From the NCBI GenBank assembly GCA_964518475.1, contig CAZFGR010000001.1, positions 46,280-110,279 of the forward strand: a DNA stretch of 64,000 bases. Direction: 5' to 3'. A program made the translations under genes and the position numbers. Below the pieces are notes generated by a model, which was not told the DNA's origin, made no database searches, and saw nothing but the letters and a program-made list of their open reading frames with translations. Within the stretch, counting starts at the first letter, position 1. Each line of letters starts with the position of its first letter. Below are positions 46,024 through 55,149 of the stretch, piece after piece. The stretch is from an uncultured Nitrososphaerota archaeon. Lineage in GTDB: Archaea; Asgardarchaeota; Njordarchaeia; Njordarchaeales; Njordarchaeaceae.

Positions 46024-46322
46024 AACCTCATTGAATTAATTGCGACGACTATAACTAACGCTTTCTAGCATTTTTGTTTTTAATATTAACTATTCCCTTA
46101 GCACTGCGGAAGGAGACAGCATACCCCGTACTATTTCTGGGTAAGAGGTATAGGTTTCTAAGCGGATTTAGAGCTGATATAGCTGGGGAATTGATTATGA
46201 TAGATGGAAATGATTTAAATACCGCTAGGAGGGAGTTTAAAGGAGATAAAGATCCATCAAGGTTTTAAAGGTAACAATCTTAAAAGATATTACTATCCTT
46301 CACGAAATACGGGTGAGTAAAA

Positions 46323-47658
46323 ATGGCTAGAAAGAAACCACACATAAACTTAGTTATTATCGGGCACGTAGACCATGGAAAGAGCACCACCGTAGGACAC
46401 TTCCTCTATCTAGTAGGCGCGATTGATGATAGAGTAATTAAGAAGTACGAGGAAGAGGCAAAGCAAATCGGAAGAGAATCTTGGAAGTACGCCTGGGTGC
46501 TAGATAAACTCGCAGAAGAAAGAAAGAGAGGACTTACAATAGACCTAGGATACTTCAAATTCGAAACACCAAAGTACATGTTCACAATCATCGATGCCCC
46601 TGGACACAGAGACTTCATCAAGAACATGATTACTGGTGCAAGTCAAGCAGACGCGGCGATTCTAGTAGTTTCCGCTAAAAGAAACGAGTTTGAAGCTGGA
46701 TATGCTCTAGGAGGACAGACACGAGAGCACGCCATCTTAGCTAAGACACTAGGGATCGATCAAATGATTGTTCTCATTAACAAAATGGATGCCGTGAACT
46801 GGGACAAATCGGTCTATGAAGAAATAAAGAACGAAATGCTAAGATTCCTAACAGGCATCGGTTACAAGCCAGACCAAATAAAAGCCGTGATACCTGTAAG
46901 CGGACTACTAGGAGACAACCTGAAGGAGAAGTCTCCTAACATGCCTTGGTATGACGGACCTACACTATACGAAGCCCTCGACCTCCTTGAACCACCCAAA
47001 CCAATGGTCGATAAGCCGTTCAGAATGCCCATCCAGAAAGTCTTCAAGATAAAGGGTGTTGGAACAGTAGTAACTGGAAGAGTCGAAACTGGAAAACTAA
47101 AGAAAGGAGACCAAGTAATAATCCAGCCTCTAGGAAAGCAAACAATCGCACAATCCATCGAGATGCACCACGAACCCCTAGACGAAGCAGTACCAGGAGA
47201 TAACGTAGGCGTAAACCTCAAAGGAATATCGGCCGACGAAGTCAAACGTGGTGACGTCATGGGTCATCCCGATAACCCACCAACAGTCGTTGGACCAGGA
47301 TATGGTACATTCCTAGCTAGAGTATGGGTCATCTGGCACCCAACAAGCATAAGTGCTGGTTACACACCCGTAATGCATGCGCATACACTACAAGTAGCTA
47401 CTAGGTTCGTACACTTACACGCAAAGTACGGACCAAAAGGCGAACTACTAGAAGAAAATCCAAGCTTTATAAAGAAAGGAGAATACGCCCTAGTAGAGCT
47501 CGAACCAATCAAACCATCAGTCATCGAGAAATTCAGCGAATTCCCACCATTAGGGCGCTTCGCTGTACGGGATACCGTGGGGGTTCACGCCCCCACGGCC
47601 CGAAATGGGACAGCTAGTGGCCGTAGGAGTCGTCCAGGAGATCAAGAAGGCGCAATAA
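46323..47658 (+). CDS. tuf: Translation elongation factor EF-1alpha, interrupted by a 31-nt BHB element (exon 1 46323..47573, exon 2 47605..47658)
   Basis: GHVDHGKST, DAPGHRDF, NKMD, ...FPPLGRFAVRD, then a frame break. The +1 frame from 47605 reads MGQLVAVGVVQEIKKAQ-stop, which is the canonical C-terminus. The joined product is 434 aa. The SD-like GGTGA sits 7 nt upstream of the ATG. Confidence 0.9.
47574..47604 (+). other. Putative bulge-helix-bulge (BHB) intron inside the EF-1alpha coding sequence
   Basis: Central helix CGGG(47568-71)/CCCG(47599-602); bulges ATA(47572-74) and AAA(47603-05); inner 9-bp helix CCGTGGGGG(47575-83)/CCCCCACGG(47590-98) with loop ttcacg. Excision of 31 nt restores the frame. 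Confidence 0.75.
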
Positions 47659-47922
47659 TCCCAGCGGAGCCAATAATTTCTCTTCCCAGAATTTTACCAA
47701 TTTTTTCTTTTCCCATTGCTAATTCTCTCTAAACTTATTTTTGTTTTTTATGAAAATATTCTGTTGAAGAATTTTGCAAAGCAAAAAGATTAATGCCTAT
47801 AAGGCTATTTTACTCACTCTCACTTGTATAAAATTCCTAGTTTCGATATGAAAGAAAATGTCTTACTTAAGATGAGAGAGAACGTAACCAAGAGTTTTTA
47901 GAAAAGGATAAATTAAAGGTTT

Positions 47923-48729
47923 TTAGACCATTCCTTCTTCAGAGGTCCCCTCTGGTGCTTCTTCGGCTCCTACTTTGCTCCTCCATTCCGCTGCTTTCTT
48001 TTTGGCTTCTTCTAGTAGCGGGAGAATTTCCGGGTCATTAGCTGTCTTTATTACGAATGTTTCGCCCTTTTTTATATACCCTAGCTCTATTTCGTCAGGC
48101 TTTATATCTTCTGGGTTAGCTAGTAATACCGCCGTTAAACCTAGTATAATGGCTTCTTTGAGTTCTATATCCAATTTTCCGCCGTTCTGTTCTACGAATT
48201 CTCTAAGGAATTTCTCAGCTTTGTCTTTGTTGGCCCCGATAGCACCAGCGATCCACCTCATTAAGGCTCCTCCAGGATCTATGTATACCACTTTAGGTCC
48301 AGTAATGTCAACTCCTCCTATTACTAATCCACAGCCGAAAGGTCGCGCGCCTCCAAATTGGGTATATTGGTGCATCATTTCAGCCACTTCTTGTCCAAGC
48401 AGCTCTATGTCGATAGGCTCTCCATAAACATATCGATATATCTGCGCACGCTCTCTCGCATAATTTATTAGCGCTCTCCCATCTGCTGAGTATCCAGAGA
48501 ATACCGCACCTACGTGTTCATCTATTTGGTAAATCTTCTTGTTTGGTAGAACTAGTACATCCATTTTCCTGCGTCCTAATAGTACAACTCCGTCACGAGC
48601 AACAACTCCTACTGAGATTGTGCCTCTTTGCATGGCTTTTCTAGCATATTCGACTTGTATTATTCTCCCATCTGGAGAGAAAAGAATTGTTGAGCGATCA
48701 TAACCAGCAAACTGTTCTGGTCTCCACAC
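47923..48729 (-). CDS. psmA: Proteasome alpha subunit
   Basis: YDRSTILFSPDGRIIQVEYARKA..G...VGV. A GTG start is preceded by the SD GGGAGG 8 nt upstream. There is an acidic C-terminal extension. Confidence 0.9.
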   Translation of the reverse strand: MWRPEQFAGYDRSTILFSPDGRIIQVEYARKAMQRGTISVGVVARDGVVLLGRRKMDVLVLPNKKIYQIDEHVGAVFSGYSADGRALINYARERAQIYRYVYGEPIDIELLGQEVAEMMHQYTQFGGARPFGCGLVIGGVDITGPKVVYIDPGGALMRWIAGAIGANKDKAEKFLREFVEQNGGKLDIELKEAIILGLTAVLLANPEDIKPDEIELGYIKKGETFVIKTANDPEILPLLEEAKKKAAEWRSKVGAEEAPEGTSEEGMV

Positions 48730-48825
48730 TTAAAAAACCTCCCTAGTCCATCATCATAAACTCCTATGGAATTAAGTGAGGATAAAAAACTATATAAAAA
48801 CTCTACAATACTGAAGAGAACATCT

Positions 48826-50244
48826 TCATCGCGCTAGAGGACCGAGGAATACTCTCTTAAAGAACGGTGTCATTTCTTCTGCATACTTTGTAGCTATCTC
48901 CTCATACAAGCTCTTTAATATACTAACTGCTAGAAGTATTCCCGACCCAGATGCGTAGGCTCCTAGAACATCTGCGATACCAGCTACTAAACCTATCAAG
49001 ACCCCAGATAATGATGCTGCCGTTCTAATGTAGGGGTCTAGATACCTAGCCATATGAGATTTCGTTCTTCTAACTCCAGGGATGCTCAGATTGGACGCTA
49101 ATAATTGTTCAGCAATGCGATCTGGACCTATTCCCGCTATTTCTACCCAAGTTATTGAGAAGAAATAACAAGAGATTGTCATTAGGATTATATATCCGAT
49201 TGCTTGATAATAATGTTGCACAGACCAAAGTAATCCTTGCGGCGGAACAGTAAAATACGCCAATCCACCAGTAGGGATTGGTCGTCCATTCTCAACTATC
49301 CAGCTACCAAGTAATGAAGCGAAGAAGTTGCCCTCGAATTTGCTCCATATTAACTGGGAAAAGAACATTATGTTAGCGAACAATGCTCCAGCTAAGATAA
49401 CTGGCACATTAGATGAGTACATAAACTTTATCGGATACCTAAACCTAAATCGGTATATACTGCTTTCAACAGGAATCTCAATCGTCATTGCCTCCAAATA
49501 TATAATGATGATCGCAATACCGATAGTTGTCAACAATCCCACTAAATCTGGCGCATTATATCTTAGTATGATCTCTCTAAAGCTTCTGTCCTTATCTGTA
49601 AGAGTCTGTATTAGTGCAGGTATTATACCATAGAAAAGATTGTCATCACTAATACTAACAGAGAACAAAGACCATGCTATTCTACCCGCAACCCCCGCTA
49701 CTATGAATAATGAAATCCCCGAACCAAATCCCCAACCTTTCTGAACCATCTCATCAAGAAGAATAATTACAATACCAGCAAATAGTAGCTGGATGAAAAC
49801 CAGTAATGCTTGACCAGGTTTCAGTGACCCGTAAGCTCCTCCTATAATGTATGCAGCACTTTCAAAAATAGTCATTATGACAGCCATTGCTTTATTGGCA
49901 GCATTAAACAATTGTCGCTCAGCGGGATCGGTTAGATCAACGTTTATCATCTTACTACCAACGAGAATTTCTAAGATTAAACCACCCGTTACTATGGGGC
50001 CTATTCCGAGTTCCGCTAATGTACCCCTTGTACTGGCTAATATCACCCTTAAAGTCCAGAAAATATCAACCCCCGCTTCTCGCTCTATACCATATAGCGG
50101 AACTGTACTCATTATCATGTAGATAACTACGGCGACAATTGTCCAGATGAGCTTTGTTCGGAATCCAGGATCTCTCTCCGGCTTTTTAACAGAGGGAACG
50201 ATACGCGCAAGAGGAGCTACTGTTCTAAGAAAAAGTGAAGGCAT
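48826..50244 (-). CDS. secY: Preprotein translocase subunit SecY
   Basis: 472 aa, 10 TM pattern, ..TLAELGIGPIVTGGLILEIL.., ..GFGSGISLFI..; downstream of uL15 as in the conserved cluster. Confidence 0.95.
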   Translation of the reverse strand: MPSLFLRTVAPLARIVPSVKKPERDPGFRTKLIWTIVAVVIYMIMSTVPLYGIEREAGVDIFWTLRVILASTRGTLAELGIGPIVTGGLILEILVGSKMINVDLTDPAERQLFNAANKAMAVIMTIFESAAYIIGGAYGSLKPGQALLVFIQLLFAGIVIILLDEMVQKGWGFGSGISLFIVAGVAGRIAWSLFSVSISDDNLFYGIIPALIQTLTDKDRSFREIILRYNAPDLVGLLTTIGIAIIIIYLEAMTIEIPVESSIYRFRFRYPIKFMYSSNVPVILAGALFANIMFFSQLIWSKFEGNFFASLLGSWIVENGRPIPTGGLAYFTVPPQGLLWSVQHYYQAIGYIILMTISCYFFSITWVEIAGIGPDRIAEQLLASNLSIPGVRRTKSHMARYLDPYIRTAASLSGVLIGLVAGIADVLGAYASGSGILLAVSILKSLYEEIATKYAEEMTPFFKRVFLGPLAR

Positions 50245-50283
50245 AAAACCCCCTTCTTGCCAGTATTTCTAATTACTTAAATA

Positions 50284-50748
50284 TTACTGGTTAGGAATTA
50301 ATACTTCGCCGCCCGCGGCCTCAATTTTCTCTCTGGCTCTTTCAGTTAAAGCAATCTTGTCATCTAAGATCAATTTTACTGGATCTTTGACGGCGCCTCC
50401 CCCGAGGACCTTTGTTACACCCATACCTCTAAGATCGACTACTATTTTTCCGTTTTCATTCTCGCTACGTATTCTACCACTTTTTGCCAATTCTATAAGC
50501 CTACCTATATTTATAGCACGCTCTATCCTAAAGGGTCCATGAGGAGTAAAACCTCTGGATCCGTATTCGTAACCTTCCTTTAGAAGCCCAGGTTTCTTAT
50601 GGTCCTTAATACCTGCCTTCCCTTTTCCTCCTCGTTGTCCCTTGCCTCTATGTCCGCCGCTAACCTGTCCATAACCAGCGTAGCGTTTTCCCCTTAACTT
50701 CTTCGTTTTTTTCTCCTTTCTCTTAAGTCGTATCTTAGCCATTTTCAA
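50284..50748 (-). CDS. rpl15: Ribosomal protein uL15
   Basis: KLRGKRYAGYGQVSGGHRGKGQRGGKGKAG, then ..VKVLGGG... Confidence 0.9.
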   Translation of the reverse strand: MKMAKIRLKRKEKKTKKLRGKRYAGYGQVSGGHRGKGQRGGKGKAGIKDHKKPGLLKEGYEYGSRGFTPHGPFRIERAINIGRLIELAKSGRIRSENENGKIVVDLRGMGVTKVLGGGAVKDPVKLILDDKIALTERAREKIEAAGGEVLIPNQ

Positions 50749-50867
50749 GCACCACCAGCTAGAGCGTTAATAACCATTCAACATACCTTTTATCACTAGT
50801 GTTTTCCATTCTTAAATTATTCAGCCGTATTTTGCGAAGTGAACTATATTTAGGAAGATGATTCAAT

Positions 50868-51305
50868 ATGAAAGAGCAACGCTCTCCTTACTTAGCTGTT
50901 GACGCTGTAGTCCTGAGCTCTGACTGCAAAAAAATTCTTTTAATAAAACGCCGTAATGAACCCTACAAGGATCATTATGCTCTCCCAGGTGGTTTCGTAG
51001 AGTGGGGAGAAACAACAGAAGACGCTTGTAAAAGGGAGGTTCTGGAAGAAACTTCCTTAAGTGTGGAAATTATTGATCTCGTGGGCGTTTTTTCGCGACC
51101 AGATAGGGATCCTCGCGGACACGTTGTGTCTATAGCATATCTTTGTAAAGCAAAGAGTTATAATGCTGAAGCATATAGTGATGCAAAAGAGACTCTCTGG
51201 GTACCAATACATGAAATTCTTGAAGGAAAAATAAGATTAGCATTTGATCACTTCGACATAATAAAAGAAGCTCTTAAAAAACTCAGAGAAAAGGAGGTGT
51301 GTTAG
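50868..51305 (+). CDS. NUDIX hydrolase
   Basis: Nudix box GGFVEWGETTEDACKREVLEETSL (GX5EX7REUXEEXGU). Confidence 0.8.
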   Translation: MKEQRSPYLAVDAVVLSSDCKKILLIKRRNEPYKDHYALPGGFVEWGETTEDACKREVLEETSLSVEIIDLVGVFSRPDRDPRGHVVSIAYLCKAKSYNAEAYSDAKETLWVPIHEILEGKIRLAFDHFDIIKEALKKLREKEVC

Positions 51306-51517
51306 AATTGACTAATGCAGAAGAGATATACCCAATAGTAAAGAGTCCACTTCTAAGAAAGAAGCGAAAAGGAAAAGGTTTTTCGCTCAAGGAATTAGCT
51401 ACTGTTGGTTTAACTATCGAAGAAGCTCGAAAACTGAGTATTCCAGTAGATAAAAGGAGAAAATCTACTCACGAAGAAAACATAAGGATATTGAAGGAAA
51501 TATTGAAAAAAGTGTAA
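51299..51517 (+). CDS. rpl13e: Ribosomal protein eL13-like
   Basis: 72 aa, ..KKRKGKGFSLKELATVGLTIEEARKLSIPVDKRRKSTHEENIRILKE resembles the conserved eL13 core (GRGFSL.EL..AGI....A..LGI.VD.RR). GTG start. Confidence 0.55.
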   Translation: MLELTNAEEIYPIVKSPLLRKKRKGKGFSLKELATVGLTIEEARKLSIPVDKRRKSTHEENIRILKEILKKV

Positions 51518-51598
51518 AAATTGGGGAGTTATAATTTTTATCTAAAATTATCTATATTGTGTGGAAAAAATTTCCAAATTTTTTCGCGGTGTAAAAAT

Positions 51599-51898
51599 AT
51601 GCCGGGAAAAGAAGAAATAAAGAAACATTTTAGGGAGGGATTACTTAAACCTGGAATAATTATAGCAACTCCCGATTATTTATACGGGTTATATGAGATA
51701 GGTCCTAATAAATGGCGCCAAGTCAGCTATACTTTTTCTGATAAGGACTTATCAGTTGAGGATATCGATACACGAAAAGCTCTTCTATATCTTATCGAGG
51801 AAGTAAGTAAGAGTCTCGTAACACTCAATAAAGGAGAGTGGAAAGTAATACTTTCCGAAGCAGAACTTGATGAGATAATCGATAAATACGTTACATAA
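51599..51898 (+). CDS. Hypothetical protein
   Basis: ORF after the eL13-like gene. ATG 51599 (MPGKEEIKK..) is more plausible than the track start at 51521. No motif recognised. Confidence 0.35.
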   Translation: MPGKEEIKKHFREGLLKPGIIIATPDYLYGLYEIGPNKWRQVSYTFSDKDLSVEDIDTRKALLYLIEEVSKSLVTLNKGEWKVILSEAELDEIIDKYVT

Positions 51899-51910
51899 TA
51901 TTGGCACTCT

Positions 51911-52450
51911 TTAGAGTCCTAATTCTTCATAAACTCTTTTGACTTCTTTTATTACTTCCTTAAAGTCCGGTAATTCTTCTTGTCTCTTAAGCTCTGCACC
52001 ACATACGGGGCATGTAAAGTTCGTTTTTTCGGCTTCCTCTCCTAAAACTTTGTGCCCACATTCTTGGCAAACATAGATTTCCTCTCGTTCTAACAGCTCG
52101 GCTAATCGGGATAGGTTATAAATTGCTTGTTTCAGCCTATTTTTGAATGCTCTATAGATTATTAGGGGGTCAGTACTCCAATAATTTAGAGTCCAACCAG
52201 TTTCAGGATCTCTTTCTTTTATTGAGAAAATCAAGCCCTCACTCTTGAACGTAGCAATAATATTTCTAACATCAGTTAATGGTAACCCTGTTATTTTTGC
52301 AATTTCCTCTTCTGTCAGATTTCCATTGCTTAGCAAAGCAGCAGCTATTTGAAGACCACTTTCTCCTCCTAACTTTTGCGCAAGAAAAAGAAACATTATT
52401 CTTATCTTGTTCAATTCGATTTCACTAAAGCTAGAAGCCAAGTTATACAC
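51911..52450 (-). CDS. tfe: Transcription factor E (TFE alpha)
   Basis: Winged helix (..LTEEEIAKITGLPLTDVRNIIATFKSEGLIFSIKERDPETGWTLNYW) followed by a zinc ribbon YVCQECGHKV......FTCPVCGAEL. Confidence 0.75.
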   Translation of the reverse strand: MYNLASSFSEIELNKIRIMFLFLAQKLGGESGLQIAAALLSNGNLTEEEIAKITGLPLTDVRNIIATFKSEGLIFSIKERDPETGWTLNYWSTDPLIIYRAFKNRLKQAIYNLSRLAELLEREEIYVCQECGHKVLGEEAEKTNFTCPVCGAELKRQEELPDFKEVIKEVKRVYEELGL

Positions 52451-52521
52451 CGTGATCCATAAGGTGGTTGATAAGAAAAATTACTGTACTGAATAAACAC
52501 ACTTTTGTTAAGGTTAACTTT

Positions 52522-53784
52522 TTAAGGCTTCTGTAAAAGAGATGCAAAGAACCCTATATCGTCATGAATATCTGGATAAGTCCTTAATGCCTTATCTCCG
52601 CCAGGAATCTCTTTTAATCCCCGTCCACCCCATCTAAAGTCCCCTTTAATTGGTTCTAAATTCCATGTTTCTATTAGATATTTCGTAATAAATTCACCTT
52701 CTGCAGGGTCGAGACTCGGCACCATATAAAGGATTCTTCCCCCTTTTCTAACTGCTGGGACTATTTTGTCTAAGAGTAACTTAGCAAGTCTTGAGAGCCT
52801 TATAATATCCTCTTCTTTTAGAAAAGCTGTTATCCGAGGTCTTAAGCCTATTTTAGAATTACGAGGCGATACAATTACCGTGTCAAACGCTTCATTTTCT
52901 AGCTTTAAGTATTTATACTCCACAACATGCCATTTGATTCTTTTTTCAAATGATTCTAATCTCATCTTTTTTAGCGCTTCCCTTATTCTCAAATCTTCAA
53001 GTTCGGTTTTACTAACTACTGTAATGTCTGCTCTTCCGTGAGTTAACTGAATAATATAGGCTAGATCTTCAGCGGAAGGAGATACACAAAGGATTTTCTC
53101 GTCCTCGCTTGGGTTAAGCCACTTTAATGCTTGTGTAGAAGCCATGCTGGCTATGTAAGCGTCCCCAATCATAAAGGGTCGCAGAGTTTTTAAGTTAGGA
53201 ATTCTGTAGATACTTTCTTTTACTTCAACTACTATTCCTTTTAGATTCTTTTCCGTATGAGATACTTTCGAGATACCGTAAGCGATTACCTCACCAAATC
53301 TGGTCACTACGTTTACCTCATCTCCAATCTCAACACCCTCACCTACTCGCAAGACGCCTGGTGCGTATAGATTTGCCCCAAGTAGTATCCCTTCAGCACT
53401 TTTATCTTTCACAACCACCTCTTTTTCGACTTTTTTTACTTCAAAGGGTCCTTCTACGCGTATGAACAGCACATCACGAAATACTCTTGATGGATAGATG
53501 TTCACTCCAGCTGATCTTAATTCCTCGACGATTCTATCCGGATCAGCTCTTAACGTATTAACACGAATAGCCAAGTTTTTGGGGGGTGTACGTAGCGCCT
53601 TGATAATTCTTATTGCTCTGAAGATTCCATAATATACTGAGAGACGAAGAATTACATCTTCAGAATAATGGAATTGTCTCCTTAGGTTTACTAGTTCCTT
53701 ACTTATGGGACCTCCTACTAGATTTTTAGCATTCATCACAACTCCCTCAGAGCTCTTTATTGCACGTATGTAGCTACGCTTCAA
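52522..53784 (-). CDS. PUA-domain NOL1/NOP2/Sun (NSUN)-family homologue lacking the SAM-binding and catalytic Cys motifs
   Basis: PUA-like region (..GEGVEIGDEVNVVTRFGEVIAYGISKV..). The NSUN framework is present: GDAYIASMAS..AL.WL.P, FDTVIVSPRNSKIG (for FDxxLxDAPCSGxG), GGRILYMVPS (for GGxLVYSTCS), RTYPD...IGFFASLLQK. Motif I is ILCVSPSAEDL instead of VLDxCAAPGGK. Confidence 0.65.
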   Translation of the reverse strand: MKRSYIRAIKSSEGVVMNAKNLVGGPISKELVNLRRQFHYSEDVILRLSVYYGIFRAIRIIKALRTPPKNLAIRVNTLRADPDRIVEELRSAGVNIYPSRVFRDVLFIRVEGPFEVKKVEKEVVVKDKSAEGILLGANLYAPGVLRVGEGVEIGDEVNVVTRFGEVIAYGISKVSHTEKNLKGIVVEVKESIYRIPNLKTLRPFMIGDAYIASMASTQALKWLNPSEDEKILCVSPSAEDLAYIIQLTHGRADITVVSKTELEDLRIREALKKMRLESFEKRIKWHVVEYKYLKLENEAFDTVIVSPRNSKIGLRPRITAFLKEEDIIRLSRLAKLLLDKIVPAVRKGGRILYMVPSLDPAEGEFITKYLIETWNLEPIKGDFRWGGRGLKEIPGGDKALRTYPDIHDDIGFFASLLQKP

Positions 53785-53924
53785 TGATATTATCAGTCAT
53801 AATTCATCCGATCTTTCTCGGGGTTATTATCTCGTGAATAAATACTCTAGACCCATAAATAAATATTTGAGACTAAAAATGGCAAAAGGATTTGAAATAA
53901 CCACTATACTTTGGGTGTGATTAA

Positions 53925-55136
53925 ATGAATAAAAAGATGATTAAGGCTTCTGAGCGTGCACTTAGGATATCGTATGCAATTAGAGAACTCGTGAGTCTTG
54001 CTGAAAAAGTTAAACGAGAGAGTGGGGAGGAAATATTATACCTAAATATAGGAGACCCATTAAAATATGATTTCGATATACCAGAGCACTTAAAGGATGC
54101 TATTTGTGAAGCTATTAAAGAGGGTTATAACTTCTATGCTCATAGCCTAGGTCTTCCCGAACTAAGAAACGCTATTGTTGAAAGAGAGAAGAGAGATAAT
54201 GGAGTTAGTATCTCTCCCGATGACGTTCTGGTAACAAATGGTACTGCAGAAGCGATAATGGCTGTTTTTGCTGCTCTACGTCCTGGCGACGAGGTATTAG
54301 TTCCTAGCCCAACATATCCCCCATACATTTCTGCAGCTGAGTTTTTCGAGATCAGACCCGTTGAATATAGAACAATAGAGGAGGAGGGATGGGTACCAGA
54401 TATCGACGACATCCGACGAAAAATCTCTGATAAGACTAGAGCAATTGTTATAATTAATCCTAATAATCCCACTGGTGCTTTGTATTCTTCAAAACAAGTA
54501 AGAGAAATAATCGATATCGCTGGAGAATATTCTCTCTTCGTAATTTCTGATGAAATCTATGATCGCATCGTATTTGAGGGAGAAAAAGCCCCTAATGCTG
54601 CAAAATTAGCTAACGATGTCCCAACCCTTGTTTTCTATGGACTGAGTAAAGTATACCTAGCTACGGGTTGGCGAGTAGGATATGTCTATAAATGGGATCC
54701 AGAGGGAGCGCTTTCGGAAATTTGGCAAGCTATGATGAAATACTTGCTTGTTAGAATTTCTGGATTTACCCCCGCACAACGAGCCGCAATCGCCGCTTTG
54801 CTAGGTCCGCAGGATCATATTAAGGTTCTAGTTAATAAACTAAGAGAGAAAAGAGACTACTCGCATAAGCGATTAAATGAAATAGATGGAATTTCTGCTC
54901 AGTTGCCAAGGGGAGCCTTCTACATATTCCCTAAGATAGATATACCAGCCTACAAGAACAGGGACAAAGATTTTGTAATTGATTTGCTCAAAGAGGAAAA
55001 AGTTCTAGTGGTGCATGGTTCTGGTTTTGGTAGTTACGGAGTCAATCACTTTAGAATGGTATTCCTACCCCCCATTAACATGTTAGAAGAGGCTATCAAT
55101 AGGATTGAAAGATTTGTAAAAAAGAAAATCGCATAG
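53925..55136 (+). CDS. Class I/II pyridoxal-phosphate aminotransferase (aspartate/alanine aminotransferase-like)
   Basis: LNIGDP, ..Y..S.G.PELR.AI, NPNNPTGA, SDEIYDRIVF, and the PLP-Lys motif LSKVYLATGWRVGY. Confidence 0.85.
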   Translation: MNKKMIKASERALRISYAIRELVSLAEKVKRESGEEILYLNIGDPLKYDFDIPEHLKDAICEAIKEGYNFYAHSLGLPELRNAIVEREKRDNGVSISPDDVLVTNGTAEAIMAVFAALRPGDEVLVPSPTYPPYISAAEFFEIRPVEYRTIEEEGWVPDIDDIRRKISDKTRAIVIINPNNPTGALYSSKQVREIIDIAGEYSLFVISDEIYDRIVFEGEKAPNAAKLANDVPTLVFYGLSKVYLATGWRVGYVYKWDPEGALSEIWQAMMKYLLVRISGFTPAQRAAIAALLGPQDHIKVLVNKLREKRDYSHKRLNEIDGISAQLPRGAFYIFPKIDIPAYKNRDKDFVIDLLKEEKVLVVHGSGFGSYGVNHFRMVFLPPINMLEEAINRIERFVKKKIA

Positions 55137-55149
55137 AAATAAAAAATGC

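Noticed and set aside
46074-46268. 64-aa ORF in the 299-nt spacer upstream of tuf; I also looked there for an ncRNA
   Set aside because: It has a non-ATG start and no motif, and it lies in the divergent promoter region of eS24 and tuf. I saw only short imperfect stems (agcgg/ccgct, agct/agct) and no C/D or H/ACA boxes that I could defend.
47574-47732. C-terminal 52 aa of the ORF-track EF-1alpha (TVGVHAPTARNGTASGRR...IANSL)
   Set aside because: This tail is not homologous to EF-1alpha. It arises from reading through the 31-nt BHB element into the wrong frame. The canonical C-terminus is in the +1 frame and ends at 47658.
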